NCBI GenBank assembly: GCA_963693365.1
Contig: CAVNZM010000003.1
Coordinates: 11,505,651-11,569,650 of the forward strand
DNA: 64,000 nucleotides
Direction of reading: 5' to 3'
Source of the DNA: Amoebidium appalachense
Taxonomy: Eukaryota > Protista > Ichthyosporea
Shown: piece after piece, positions 13,234 to 36,570 of the stretch
How positions within the stretch are numbered: the stretch's first letter is position 1
Layout of the letters: every line of letters starts with the position of its first letter
The notes under the pieces: generated by a model
What the model was told of the DNA's origin: nothing
The model's database searches: none
Seen by the model: the letters and a program-made list of their open reading frames with translations, nothing else
Position numbers and translations under genes: made by a program

Positions 13234-14147
13234 TATATATATAAAAAAAAAAAAAAAAATTCCTACGTTTTTTTGGTCATGATCATATAAAAAGTGTACT
13301 GTTTTTGAGATGGGGCCCCACAGAGCCTGCTCGTAGTCGTGTACACTGAGGTGCACGACTTCCGGATTTCACTAAGCATTACAGTCGACTGCGAGCTGCG
13401 CGGCAATGTGCCCCACGCGCAGGATCTAAGAAGTAGAGGAAGATAGTATTAGCACGAAGATGCAAAGAATGTCGTCTGTCCCCCCCCTCCCCCCCCCCAC
13501 ATCTCCCCCTCCCCCGTCCCTCCCCAAATTTTGGAGGAGGCCAACAACCTTTCCACTATAGTTAGCTGCATATACACCCCCCCCCCCCTCCCCCTCCCCC
13601 CCTCCACATGCACACACACACACACACACGCACACGCACACGCACACGCACACACACACACGCACACACACACCACCACCCATCTTAGTGATACTCTGAC
13701 ACTGAATGCTTCCCCCCCTCCCTTCCAGTGTCCCCCACACACGACACGACACGACACGCGCGCGCGCGCGCACACACACACACACAAACACACGCTTACT
13801 CTGGTAGCCACATTTCTTTTTACATGGAGTTTGGGAAACCCTTCTTCTTTAGCTGAAGTAAGCTACGTTTTTCATAGGCGCGGGTTAAGGTAAAGCCCAG
13901 CAGAGTTTCCTGAGTCTTCTTGGAGATTACTGACAACACGGACAAATGAGGATGCATGAACATGTGCATCTAGGGCTCCAAGATGTTTCAGAATTCTATC
14001 ATCCTGAACCAAAAAAATTCGTAGAAGATGCACCTCTATTAGGCAGCTGGTAAATTTCACTTTATAGTAGGCTACACGGACCCGATCCATAATTTAAAAA
14101 AAAACAGCCATTTCACAGTGCTTTCTCATTACAAACAAAGCTAGCAT

Positions 14148-15606
14148 CTCCAAACCTTCTCAAAAACTACCGGATGTATTTGTGCTTATCTTACAGCAGA
14201 CTACGGTCATCAATATTCTCATCGAACAAAATGTCATCGTGCGTGTCTTCGTTTGTTTGTATAACATTTTGTTTTCTTTCCTTTTCTTTTTCATCCCACG
14301 AAAAAGTAAGCGAGGAATAAAGGTAGCCGCTAGGCTGACGAGATAGGTGCAATGTGTTTAAAATTTGACCTCGGTGGCGATGAGCTCGCTGGAAGCAAAA
14401 AGGTAGCTTTCAAGGAATCCCACATGGACGGACCAAAGCGAAAAAGGCAACTACTTGTACTCCACGGGGTAGATGGGGAGGGGCCCGGTGTGTTTGAAGG
14501 TGCGGACCTCGGAATGCTTGCATCTGAATTCGTAGCTGGGCCATGCCGATGCGTTGGGGTTGTGTTGCAGCCTTCGTTTGTCTTGGCAGTGCTGTGGGTT
14601 TGTGCTGGCAGCAGGGTGCTGGGTGTGGGCCTGGCTGCTGCTGCTTGAGCCAGCAAGAGGGAGGGGTTGGGGGTGCTTCTGGATGGTCTGTTTGTTGCTT
14701 GGGGGGTAGTGGGCTCCGTGGAGACGTCGGGCCCTTGCCCGTCGGTGCTGTGGGGCCGGGGAGCTGTGCTCTCTGCTTGGTCGACCTCCTCGCCTGCTCT
14801 GCGAGAAATGGGCAGAAAGAAGTAAGGCCGACAGCTTGATATCATTGACTGGGTGATACCAAGAAATGAAAGGGGACAAAAAAACTTGACATGATAGGCA
14901 TGACTGTGTAAATAGGGCGCTTCTCCGGTTTCAAAGCCGGGGGGGGGGGGGGGGGGGGGGAAGGGGGGGCGGGGGAAAGGTGTTAAGTATTCCTAGGCGC
15001 AACTTTTAACAGTTAGTCTAAGAAGCCCCAAGCTACAACTAACCATGAAGCGTGTATGAAACAACAAATCATTAAAAAATCCACATCCTATGACATGAGC
15101 AAACATCAGAACACGGGAGGGGAGGGGAGGAGAGGGGAGGAGAGGGGGGGGGGGGGGGGGGGGGAGAGGGGGAGGGGGAGGGGGGGGGGAGGGGAAGGGG
15201 GGAGGAGGAGGAGGAGGAGGAGGAGGATTGGGGGAGGGGGGAGGGGGGGGGAGGGGGAGAGAGGAATCCCCACGGGGCGGGAGGGGGGGAAGGGGGGAGG
15301 GGGGACGTATAGGGGTTGAGGGCCGCTTGGACTCACCGTTCAAATTGGATAGCACCACACTTTTTCGTGCATACGCTGTCATAGCTTCTCTTTGTGTAAT
15401 AGAAAGGGACTTTATGACCTCAATAATAATAATTCGCTCTTGTGCATGCTCGCCTGAAGTGGTGTTCAGTGTCTCGATGCATTTGTCAATTTGCTTCTGG
15501 CCACCCGAAAGCAACGAGAATAGTTCACCAATTTCCTCCTCAAGCTTATGAATTTTGCTTGTACGGAAGCTTGCTCCGAGGAATGAGCAGACTCTATTTC
15601 CCCCAT
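14148..15606 (-). pseudogene. Decayed paralogue 3 of the same family
   Basis: MGEIESAHSSEQASVQAK / KLEEEIGELFSLLS...LSNLN with GTGAG donor at ~15336; acceptor tttctcgcag at ~14800; LAQAAAARPTPSTLLPAQTHSTAKTN; C-terminal THDDILFDENIDDRSLL with in-frame stops. Confidence 0.58.
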
Positions 15607-16820
15607 TTTCCTCTATCGTAAACTTAAAAAGTTGCTTGCTGTTATGCTATGAGCCAACATGTCAGGAAAAGGTCGGATTCTGAAGTTCGAAATGGTTGGA
15701 GGACAAAATCTTTGAAAGATTTTGCGGTCGCGGGTCTGCAGGTCTATGGGCCAGCGACAGTCTATGGCTTGAGATTCCAAGAAAATACTGAAGGTGTACC
15801 CTTAAAAACTTCTGACTGCAACTATGTTTCGAACTTGAACGGTAGTTCCGCCACACAGCCCTCTTGCTTCAGCCTGTGCACGTTCTGTGCTGAGGATGGC
15901 GTGGTGGTCCGGGAAGCGTCATCTTACTTGTTCCGAGTCAAATATTTGATATTCATAGTTTGGAGTGCTTTTACCCCCTTCAACCAATTATGTTGCTGTG
16001 AATCTCGTGCAAGCACATTCCAATGCATATGGTTCCAGGGGGACTTGACCACGAACTTCGTTTGCATCACAACATTCACAAGCACCCGGCCGGACGTAGG
16101 TAGGCGTAGGTAGGGTGTGTGTGTGTGTGTGTGTGTGGACCCCAGGGGGGAGGGGGGGCTAAATCAACAGGGAGGGTAATCCCTACTCGGATTCTGAAAG
16201 AGTGGCTGCAAGATTTTATTTTTCCGTCGTGCGACGACACACGGTAGGGTTTTGGCCTTTCAGGCAAACCGTAATGCTCTCGTCCAAAAAAGGCACACAC
16301 AATAACAACAGCAACCTTTCACTGGCGCAAACCATATTTTTTATATAACAAACAAAAAGGTAGGAATAAACCCATATTTTTTATAAAACAAACAAAAAAG
16401 CAGGAATATAACCAAACAAAAAAGTAGGAATATCATTGGGCACTGCATAAGATATCCCGAACCTTAGGGACATGCCACAATTGACTAAATATCAACAGCG
16501 CAAAGGAAATATGTATGTAATTTCAAGAGCCAAATCCACACCACATCATTTAAAAAATCGCATTTGACTTCTATGCAAAGAGTCATAACATATTTGTTCA
16601 AAAAAAAAAAAAAAAAAAAAAACCACCCACCCACCAGCCCGCCCACCCATGCAATACCACATCGCCTTACTAACAACCCATATGCAACTGCTTTCACGTT
16701 GCACCTCAACCCAGCGCAACCCTCACGATCGATTCCCGTTCCTTTGCCCAACAACCACTCAAATCACCACACAAACAACGTCACTCTTAGGCAACAACAC
16801 AAGCACATGTCGCCAAGTGC

Positions 16821-17125
16821 TTAGGGTGGGGTAGGTGAGCGCGGGGGGGAGCGTCTGGGAGGGGAACGTGAGGGGGAACGTCTCGAGGCAGGGGGTGGGC
16901 TGCGGCTACGGTTGCGGGGTGGGCTGCGGCTGCGAGAGCGGCCACCACGGCGGGCAGGTGAGCGGGAGCGGGACCGGCCTAATATGGATATGTGGGGTTA
17001 GTGGGAGCGCATAATGTACAACAGGTGATCGTGTTCATTGGATGTAGCAACGTGCATTTGCCGCATAACGTATACGAGCTGTTTTTCTTTTTTTTTTGTT
17101 CTTTTTCTTTTCTTTCCCTACTTTT

Positions 17126-17184
<59 letters not shown>

Positions 17185-17818
17185 CGTGTGTGCATGGGTG
17201 GGTGGGTGGGTGGTGGTGGTGGTGTGGGGAGGGAAGGGGGATTGACGTGCCTGTGTGTGTGAGCGTGTCTGTACGTGTGTGTGCGTGTTTGGGGGGGGGG
17301 GGGGGGGGGGGGAGGGGTGGGGGGGGGGTTACAGTACAGAGTGCAACAATCCCGTGGTAATGCCGTCGCACAGCGCAAAAAGGAGGACGATCCGCTTTCA
17401 AAGGAACAGCACCGATAATGGTGAAAAGTTTCATATTGCCGAACCCTACAAATGCCCACATGAAAAAAAAACGGGTGTACATTTACATACCACGGGGGGA
17501 GGGGCTTCTACGGCGGCGGTATGGGGATGGGCTGCGGCGACTGCAGAACAAAAAAAAGTTAATGTCAGCGCTTTGCCTACCACCCCACACCCCACACCAA
17601 CGTCACAAACGGCCGTACTCCTACCTGCTCAATCTCCCCCCCCCCCCCCCCCCCCCCCCGGGCTCCAAAAACAAGCACACACCAAACTCCACACAAACAC
17701 AAAACCTCCTCCTCCCCCCCCCCCCCCCCCCCCAAAAAAAAAAGTCCACACAAACACGAGACTTTTTATACGCTTCTGCTTCATAGTTTTTGCTTTCTCC
17801 CTTAACAACTATCTTCTT

Positions 17819-17861
<43 letters not shown>

Positions 17862-18177
17862 GCGGGGGGTGGGGGTGGGGGTGGGGGGGGGGTGGGGAGA
17901 CCTGTACACAGAACAAAGCACGAAGATACAAGAAGGAAAACACCAATAACTCTTCTGGTGTATACAGTTGTGTGTTTGTTGGTGATGGTGATGGCGGTGG
18001 CTTTGGGAGAGGGGGGGGGGAGGGGGGGTTGAATATGTAACACGGTACGAATACACACACACGATGAAAGGCATGGTGCACGACACATGCAAGGCAAACA
18101 TTCAAGTATGCAACATCAGCAATGCGCACAGTATGCGTCATAAGCAGAGCCCATCCTCAGAGAGGGCCCAAGTCACC

Positions 18178-18210
<33 letters not shown>

Positions 18211-18595
18211 AGCGTGTTACAGAGTACGAAGTACATAATCACAACGGGCAAACCATGGGGGGGAAGTGACCGCACAAAACAAAGTACAAACAAGTACAAA
18301 CACACAAAACGGTAAACACAGGTGCAACACAAAATGACAAGCAAAAACGTCAACAAACAAAATTTAAGCATGTGGGCGTGTGCACGTGGTAGAGGTCTAT
18401 GGTATTTGCGATTTTTTTTTTGGGGGGGTGGGGGGAGGGGGTGGGGGGGATTGAATGTGTCAAAGTACGAAGGACACATGAACAACGGATAACACGATGC
18501 AGATGCAAACCATACATAAAGAGAATGCATAATGGGGAGGGGGAGAATGTGGTATAGAGCATGAAGTGGGCCGGGCCGCCAGGGAGGGCGCTGGG

Positions 18596-18626
<31 letters not shown>

Positions 18627-18926
18627 TTGAATGCGGAACACGGTACGAAGTACGCATACACGATGAGAAGCATGGTGCAGGACACATGCAAAGGCAAACA
18701 TTCAAGTATGCAACATCATCCATGCGCACAGTATGCGTCATAAGCAAAGCCCATCCTCAGGGAGGGCCCAGGTCATCAATTGCGTCTGAGTTTCGACTCC
18801 TTAGTCCGCGCATATACGACTCTCCAACTCAAACAGCAGCATCAATTGAACTTGGGAGGGTCAACCCGTCTTGATCAAAGACGAGCAGGGTTGTTTATGC
18901 AAGCAAGGAAGCAAAACGGTGAAGAT

Positions 18927-18957
<31 letters not shown>

Positions 18958-20445
18958 GGGGGGGGAGAGCAAGAAAAAGTGCGAAAGGGGGAGACTCACC
19001 CCCCTCTGCCATAGCCACCACTGGGAGCGTTCAGACATTCACGTGCTATGTGTCCGGGCTTGCCGCACCTAAAGCACTCCCCAGAGTCTGCACGGCGGCT
19101 TGGCCCACGTGCAAACTGCACAACCATACGGCTCTGACCAATGGATCGCCCATCCTCATTGCGGAGTGCGTCCTAAAAGGGGGGAGGGGGAAGGGGGGTT
19201 AGGAATTGTTGCGGAGTGCAAAGGACACAGAGTATACATCACAAGCAGGAGGGAAGGGAGGGGGGGGGTAGCTAAATCTAAAATTACATTATAAAAAGAA
19301 AGGAAAGGACCATACCTTAAGAAAGAAACAGAAGCCACTGCAGCACGGTACAACCGGGGCAGTGCAACGGGCTATCACATATACCAAAACCACCACCACC
19401 AACACTTGATAACAAAACCATTCACAAAAAACGGGTCCTGTGTGTGTGTGTGCAGGCAAGGGGAAGTTACCTCAGCATCTCTCTTGTCTTCGAAGTCAAC
19501 GAACCCGAAGCCTGGACAGGGGAGAGTCGTATCAGAAGCGCGAAAAAGGAGGTAAGCACAGCAACACGGAACACACCAGCCCCATCCTTCCAGCCGATTT
19601 TAAACACCCGGTTTCGAGCCACCTTCGAGACCCTCGCTCCCAACACCATCCTACAGGTATTCCTTTGGGTCAAGAGTTCCCGGGGTCTTCTTTCCCCTTT
19701 AGCCAGGAAGATCATGCGACCCAAACCTTACCACGTGACCAGCATGTTGTCTGTAGTCTCTCCGACGAGGCCAGGCAAAAAACATGGTTAGAGGGATGGT
19801 AGGGTGGCCCGGAACAGGAACGGCACAGGGGCGAACTGGCACAGCAGGCAGGCAGGGGCAAAGGGGCAACAAGAGGGCTGGCAAGGCTAGGAGGTAGAGG
19901 AAGGGGGCTAAACGGGTCGGGTCGTAGGCACGGTATCGGTCTCAGGCTACACTAGCGGGGGGAAAAGGGCCATGTGGAGCGGCACTGGTAACTAGGCTAG
20001 GTTGCTTGCACCTGTTATGGGTGCGGTATGAATAGGGGCTCGCTGCTTAGGCTAGCAAAACCTGTTCTAACACAAAAACAAATCACAAAACAAACAAGTA
20101 ATAAAGAAAGAAGAAACGAAAGAAGAAAGAAGAAGGGGGACAAGGGCAAAAAAAGGTTCTTAGAACACAAGACACGTGCGCTGCCAACATCGAACCCAAG
20201 CTCTTTTAAAGCCAATAGCTACAACTTTTCAGCAGTACTAGCTGACAACACATATCAAAACGGGCACACACACACTATAGCTCCTGCTTAACCCTTTTCA
20301 TCTTGCATAAACTCGTGTTATACCTCCACACTTTCCTACCTCCGCTCTTGAGCTCGCAGCGGCTCATCCTTCCGTAGCGGCCAAAGACATCCTCAAGGTC
20401 GCGCTGGCGCACCTCGGGGCCCAGCCTGCCAATAAAAAGCGACAT
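16821..20445 (-). CDS. SRSF7: SR splicing factor, RRM + CCHC zinc knuckle + RS domain (SRSF7/9G8/RSZ-like), ~175 aa, 5 exons
   Basis: Exons 20445-20340 (MSLFIGRLGPEVRQRDLEDVFGRYG), 19511-19471 (RNP1 GFGFVDFEDKRDAE), 19172-19000 (DALRNEDG...CFRCGKPGHIAREC), 17540-17491 (RRSPSPYRRRRSPSPR), 16978-16821 (RSRSRSP...TPP*). All introns are GT-AG with consistent phases. The symbol reflects domain architecture; orthology was not tested. Confidence 0.92.
18029..18908 (-). mobile_element. Cluster of poly(C)-tailed interspersed repeat copies (18029-18175, 18451-18533, 18627-18908) in SR gene intron 3
   Basis: Each copy begins on + as G-run-ttgaat...gtacgaa...; the longer ones contain taagca(g/a)agcccatcctcag. 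Related copies lie at 25132, 31279, 31628 and 50190. Confidence 0.75.
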
Positions 20446-21013
20446 GTTTCGATGTGCAAGTTTGACAAGCAATCTCTTTTGGCAAATTTGACAAATTTGA
20501 CAAGCAATCTCTTTTGGCCAGACAAACGAAAAATAGCAACGGAACGAAAGGGGTTGAGGGAAAAACGAAAGCCCATGCAAACAGGTGGCGACCCGAATTG
20601 TGGTTGTATTGGCCCTCTCTGGTTGACCAAAAATCATGTAATTTTGCTGAATAATGAGATGCTATATTTAAGGAAATCCGGTGAAATCTTAATTTAGAGT
20701 GCTAGTTGATTCGCTGTCGTCAGCATCAGCGATCGAGCCAGTTCGGATCCGGCCCGCATCTCACTTGCAAGCTTGTGGGTTTGCATGCCCAGAAGCAAAA
20801 ACTATCATAATAAAGCGAACAATTACATATATGGAAAGTGTATAGGAACAAAACGTTTGAAGTGACCAATTCAGAGAATGCTTTGTACAGCAGGTACCAG
20901 AAGGGGTCCGTGATTTCATCTCCTTAGATCTTCACGATTGCTAGTGCGATCTGGATGTTTGGCAGTGTGACAGACACCAAAGGTATCATGGATGGCGACT
21001 AGTCGAGATTATC

Positions 21014-21799
21014 ATGTTCATACCTAACGTTAATCCGGTGCGTTTAATCTGTTTGCTACTTTGTCTCGCAGCATTTACTCAATCCTCAACCCTACCGGAA
21101 GAGTTTTGCCAGGCTGATTCTTGTGCATCTACATCGAAATCACTGGCCTGGACACTCATAAAACATGACAATCTTGAAGAATCAAGCAGTTTAGGGCAGG
21201 GGAGCACATGTACTGAAATCGGGGAAAGCGTTATAAAGGAAGTGCGCACCTTTTTATTAACCTCAACCATTCGAATCGTCATCACCAGTGAAAGCATGAG
21301 GGATGGGCAATGGGATCCACCCGAACATGTGCATGTGACGTGGACGGAGAGTGCACCCGACCGGGTTTCTGTGCTGCTCAACATCCATCTAGCAAGAGGT
21401 GAAAAAGGTGTTGCTACCATCAGTGGGCCACATGCTGGGAGCACAGGGGAGTATAAATGGGGAAGTTATGTATTTAGGCAGCTGGAGCTAACACAGGTAC
21501 TCCTCATGTTCAGAACCTTGTAGATCTTCGCTGTGTGTGTGATATCATCCCTGATAGATTCCCGATTCACAGTAGTTCCCTGCGTGCGTTTTTGCCCCAA
21601 AACCTAAAGCACCCACCACCCCCTTTCCCCTTGTTCTAGCCTCCTCCACCCCTTGAGATCTTGACCACTCTTTCTCCCTCTCCGAGTTCCGGGTTCCCAA
21701 TCTCCACGTGCTCCCCCCCCTCCTTCCCCCCCACTCCTTTCCCTTTTTCAACAGTCCCTTCCCTCCCCGCTTTTCCCCCGACACACACACACGCGCGTT

Positions 21800-21838
<39 letters not shown>

Positions 21839-21843
21839 CTCAC

Positions 21844-21888
<45 letters not shown>

Positions 21889-23461
21889 TTCTCTCCCCCC
21901 CCTCCCCCCCCCCCCCCACTCCCTCACACATTCACACACTCTCTCTCTCCTTTAATTACCTCCTCCCCCTCTCTCTCTGTGTGTGTGTTTTTGTGTGTGT
22001 GCCTGTGTGTGTGTGCATTTGTGTCTTCTATTTCTCTCTCCCCCCCTCTCCCTCTCTCCCTCCCTCCCCCCCCCCCCCCCCCTCTCTCGCTCTCTCTCTC
22101 TCTTGCGCGCACGCACACACACACACTGGCCCCCCCCTCCCCCCTTCCCCCCCTCTCTCCCGCCCGGAGGACGGGCTTTACGTGCATCACATATTCTTTG
22201 TGTGCGCTCTGCAAAAATTTCCTTTGGTCCATCATGTGCACGTGTTCACGTGTGTGTGCGCATCGTACATACACTGTAATTATGTGTCCTCCCCCCTCCC
22301 CTTCACACCCACACACACGCCTCTCCCCTCCCGGAGGCCCCTCTCCCCGTTTTCAAAACCGTAACACAATTCCTGATCCCCCCTTTTTCTTTTGCAAGAC
22401 AAGCTGAGTATAAACCCAACTCTTCTGGCGAATTTGTGTGTCTTTAACCTGTGCTCTGAAACACATCAGGCAACAAGCTGTATGATTGATTAAATTTTAT
22501 TCGCCGATGTATCTACCAACTATTATCTAATATTTATACACAAATTAATATTAACCTCTACACAACACTCCATGAAATGCAAAAAGTAAATTATGGACTT
22601 TCGGACACACCCACTTCAATGATACCTGAGTATATGGCAGCGCACTGAAGATTTGAGGCTCTCCGGATGTATTGGATGATTTTACACAACACATGCACAA
22701 GCCAATACCTAAACAGAAACATAAGGGATGCGAATTTTCTTGACTTTAACGTTAATATTCGTCAACTCTAGCAATTGCACTTTACAATAGGCATATAATG
22801 GACCACAAGCAAGCAAAGAAAACCCACTCACACACACACAACCTGATAAACACAAGTAATGCTCACCACACACTCCACTTCAGTACAAAACAAACCGCTA
22901 ACAAATAGACAAACAAAAATCCCCACCTTAAACCTCCACCTTTCTCTAAACTCAAAAATCACCCCCCGTACACAGGTAGGAGAACTCTTCCTTCACCGTC
23001 ACGACCTGGGCCCGCTCGCCAACACCCTTCGCCACCACTTCACCGAGCAAACCCTCTCCTTCGAATGCTACCAAATAACCACACACACCCTCCTCTCCCT
23101 CCTTTCCTCCCCCGTCGCTGTCCCAGCGTTCGTTCTTGAATCCACATGCCTCACTGCTCCAAATTTAGGCGTGGACTTGGTCTCTTTACAACTCTTTCCC
23201 ATCTCTTCCGGGTGTCTTTCCGTATTGAGAGACCCCGAAGGGAAAAACGAATCGGAAATGGATGGGAAAAGGCGGGAGGAGAAGGTGGGGTTCGCAAGGT
23301 TCGTGGGCAGGTTGGGGTATGAAGAGGTTGAGTGGGTGGCGAAATCGTGCCGAGAGGGAATGTTTACGGCGTCGCTGGCGCGGAAGTGGGGGATGGGTTC
23401 AACGGCAAAGTTTATGGAGTTGGTCGGGGAGGTGGAAAGGAGAGCCAGGGCCGTTGGGTAG
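21014..23461 (+). CDS. Hypothetical secreted protein, probably 2 exons (~322 aa)
   Basis: Exon 21014-21496 starts with signal-peptide-like MFIPNVNPVRLICLLLCLAAFTQS and ends at a CAG|GTACTC donor. Exon 22976-23461 follows cacag in matching phase 0 and ends TAG. Additional small exons cannot be excluded. Confidence 0.62.
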
Positions 23462-23528
23462 TTGTGTGTGGACCTGTGTGGTGGGTGGGTTGGTGCAGAG
23501 TTTGGAAGGTGGAGTGTTGGCGATTGTT

Positions 23529-23561
<33 letters not shown>

Positions 23562-24278
23562 TGTTGGCTTTCTCCTCTTTTCTCTCTCTCCTTCTGTGTT
23601 TACTTTTAAATGTATCTCTTTGCTACTCTGCCATATAAACTTTTCCACATTAACGCGCATGCCCCTTCTCTGTCTTCCACCATCACACACACACTCAATC
23701 CGACCAAACAACCGAGCCCCCTCCCCTTTACCACATCAAAACACGAGAACACATGCCTTCTAAGTGGTAAACGATGTGCCCATGGTTTTATTCAGAACAT
23801 CCAGAACATGAATGTGCCGCGCCATTATTGACAACTTGCACTTTGCACATGCACGAATGAACAATTTTATCTGTGAATGTAATGTATGTGGGGTTTTCAG
23901 GTGCAAGACGGTATTCAAACTGAAATCGGTGAGAAAACGTGTGCACCTGGCCCATCCGAAAACCAAATATTTGCTTGAACTATGAATGACCGTCTCATGG
24001 CTTTCCCGTGCTATACAACGAAAAACAACTCCCCGTAAGGGCGTTTGCCCTTTACCCAAAAATAAACAACAAGAGTGATATCAGGGCGCTTTTTAATTGG
24101 TGCGTGGGATGTGTGTGTGTGTGTGTGCGCGCGCGCGCGTGCATGCGTACTTGCGTGTGTACATCCGTGTGTGCGTTCTTGTCCGTGTGCCTGTAGGTGT
24201 GGATGAGTGGTTGCATGTTTTCTAAGGCACGCAAACAGCAAAAACAAAACACACATCACATAAGAGATTGTACCTGCA

Positions 24279-28889
<4,611 letters not shown>

Positions 28890-29723
28890 CCCGGCCTTGG
28901 TGCATGTCACTCGTCCTTCACACAGACCACGGTTAGGTGCCTGCCAGCTGCGCAGAATTCGCTTTGTGTCCCAACTCGCGAATCTACTTAGAGGGCTTCA
29001 ACTTGTGTTCACTTGGGAAGGTCGGTCACTGGTGCTTGTGAGTTGTTTGGCAATGGTCTTTATTTTTTTCACAAACAGAGTTGCCGCCTGGAAGGGAGTG
29101 CACGGGAGAGTGGGCTTATCAGAATCTCACGCCGTCGATTGGTTTGCAATCATTTTGGCGCGAAACCTAGGCCGGGCCCCCAGCAGCCCCCAGCCGTTGG
29201 CCGGATCACGTTATTTTTGTTTTTCCCTTCCCTTAACAGCTTTTGTTCATGAGCGGCAACAGGTTTTTCCCTGCACAACAAAAACGTCTATTTTTTTCTC
29301 CATCTTTCCATCCTTCCAGTTTGAGCCTTACATACCTGATTCTTTAACCCCGATTGGCCCGGGCCATGCATGTCGCCCCCGCGCGCGGCCGGGGTGCCGA
29401 TGTCCCGGCAGGCTAAATTTTTAAATACTATGATTCCGTTTATGCGCATGCATGGTACACAGCCCAACCATGGTTTACACGACTGAGTATGCTGTAAGCA
29501 CCTATGACTACAATGTAGGGTCTGTAGCACGGCATAATTCAAACTGGTAAACTTTAAAACGGCCCCTGAGCAGGCCCCCCCGCCGCCTCCCCTCGGCCGC
29601 GGGAAGGCCTACAGGCAACCACGACCAGATACTGCAACAGCAGGCCTAACTAATAAATTACTAGGATAGCGCACGGCACACACACAAAAAAGAAGAAAAG
29701 GGTGGTGGTGGGGGTGGGTGGGT

Positions 29724-29769
<46 letters not shown>

Positions 29770-30430
29770 AGGGGGGTCCAACTCGGGTCGCGTATTTAAA
29801 AGCGGTGGGAGGGAACTAAAAAGGGCCGGGACATGTACACTCATGTTGGAAACATTCCTGGCAGCTCATCAACGAAGGGCTCGGACTGGAACCCAATCAG
29901 ATATCAGCCACCGTTTAGTCTTGGTGCATACTCGCATAGCAGTTGTACCAGTACGTATACTACGTGTGTCAAAAAAAACCACGTGGCCACCACACGATGG
30001 GGTGTCAATATTGTGCACGTGTGCCAGAAATAGAAACCTGCTGCAAATTTTACTTATGGTTCTAATATTGAGCTGGTTATATAAAGTGTAGAACAAAAAA
30101 GAGGAGAAGAATAACATGAAGGGGGGAAGCTTAAGATCGCCTTCACGATTGCGGCCATCGTTATATTAATAGCAAGTTGTGACAGAAGAGACATTATAAA
30201 AATGACGAGATAACAGTTACCAACCATTTGGGACCTCGCATGCTGCGCATGAACCAAAATCGGGACATTTAGTAATAAACGGAAGTTTTGACTTGAAAAA
30301 CCGTGACAACTGCCGAACCAGCCGTTCTCTAGTCACCAATGGACATTACAATCTATGTATGCTCCCTACTACACGCATGTACATGTACATGTCGATAGGG
30401 AAATCTCTTGTTTTCCCCAAATGTTTAACA

Positions 30431-35388
<4,958 letters not shown>

Positions 35389-36069
35389 TTTGTTCCCGGT
35401 TTTTGTAAAATAATCTCCTCTTTTTGGCTTGCAGTTGCAAAGGACTGAAGGACTTTCGCGCGCGCACCGGTGCACATGGCCCAGGCGACAGAATTACCTT
35501 CCTAAAAAGGCATGGTGCCCTAACAACCAATCGAATTGCATGGGATGAGTTCCCCCTGGAGCCCCACCACTGCCCCCAGACCCCTTATCAGTCGATCATG
35601 TGATTCATACTATAGTATGTGTGTATTATATGATTTACGATAAACTCTCCATGTGGATGTCATACGTGTTGCTGGGAGAAAAGCATGTTATTAAGCAGTA
35701 CTTATGTAATTAAGAGGCATACATCCTTAAAGAATAGATGAATAAACCCACATACACATAAATTTTTTATTAGTATGATGTATCTATCCGTCCCCCAACA
35801 CTTCCATTTTAGGGTGGGTCGTACGTCCTGGAATTTTAATATCCAAATAAATTTTCTGTATCATGATGTGTGATGATCAGCAGCTACGGAGGTTTAAGCC
35901 TCGTTATACCAGACATCTTTAGAAGATTTAGATCATTGTTTTAACTATGCGTAGTTTATAGGCAGATGTCTGTTAGTTGGCCTGGGAGGCGGAGGCTTTA
36001 GTCGGCGATTCGCGACATTGGAAAATTGCCGAAAATAAATGATATTTGGGGGGATCTACTTGGACTGCC

Positions 36070-36425
36070 GTACACCAATCAGAAAAGGATGCATAAGATT
36101 GGCCTGCACCAATAAGAAACCCGGGGGCTTTCAAAAACGTGAAAGCAACAACAAGCGCACTGGCACCTCCCAGAATCTAAAACCTAAAAATGACAAAACG
36201 GCAGAGTTTCTACTGCGTTTCGTAGGCAGCACATCACTATCATAAAAGTTTTCAACGTTTTTAATATGTTTTGTGAAGCATTGAATTGGCCATTCTGTCA
36301 CAAAATTGCAATCATGATTCTTTCAACAATATTTCCACTCAAGACCATTTGATTGGCGCAGGAGTTTAGGCGGTTCTGATTGGCTTCTCATACGGCTCAG
36401 CCGCTCAGTCGAGATATAAAGGGGC
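36070..36425 (+). promoter_or_regulatory. CCAAT-rich promoter with TATA box upstream of the lipase gene, divergent from GUK1
   Basis: CCAAT/ATTGG motifs at ~36075, 36098, 36109, 36352 and 36379; TATAAA at ~36415, about 155 bp before the ATG at 36571. Confidence 0.5.
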
Positions 36426-36570
36426 GGCAGCGCAGCTTTCAATGTTTTGTTGGGGTTTTCAAACGGGTTAGGGAGTTAGTCAAGAACATCGTCAAGCGAA
36501 CATACTACATATCGTCTTCACACATATCCCTTCCCCCTTACTTTCTACAATCAACAAAGATAACACGAAG

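Noticed and set aside
16821-16826. TTAGGG telomere-like hexamers
   Set aside because: They are isolated single copies; this one is the SR gene stop-codon context.
18750-18815. Hammerhead ribozyme or tRNA B-box in the interspersed repeat (ctgagga / cgaaac; gagtttcgactcc)
   Set aside because: I could not pair the required stems, the motif order is wrong for a simple hammerhead, and there is no A-box or cloverleaf.
23915-24008. Possible extra coding exon (HGKAMRRSF...) of the DUF167 gene
   Set aside because: The gene already terminates at TAA 24279-24281; this could at most be a 3'UTR exon.
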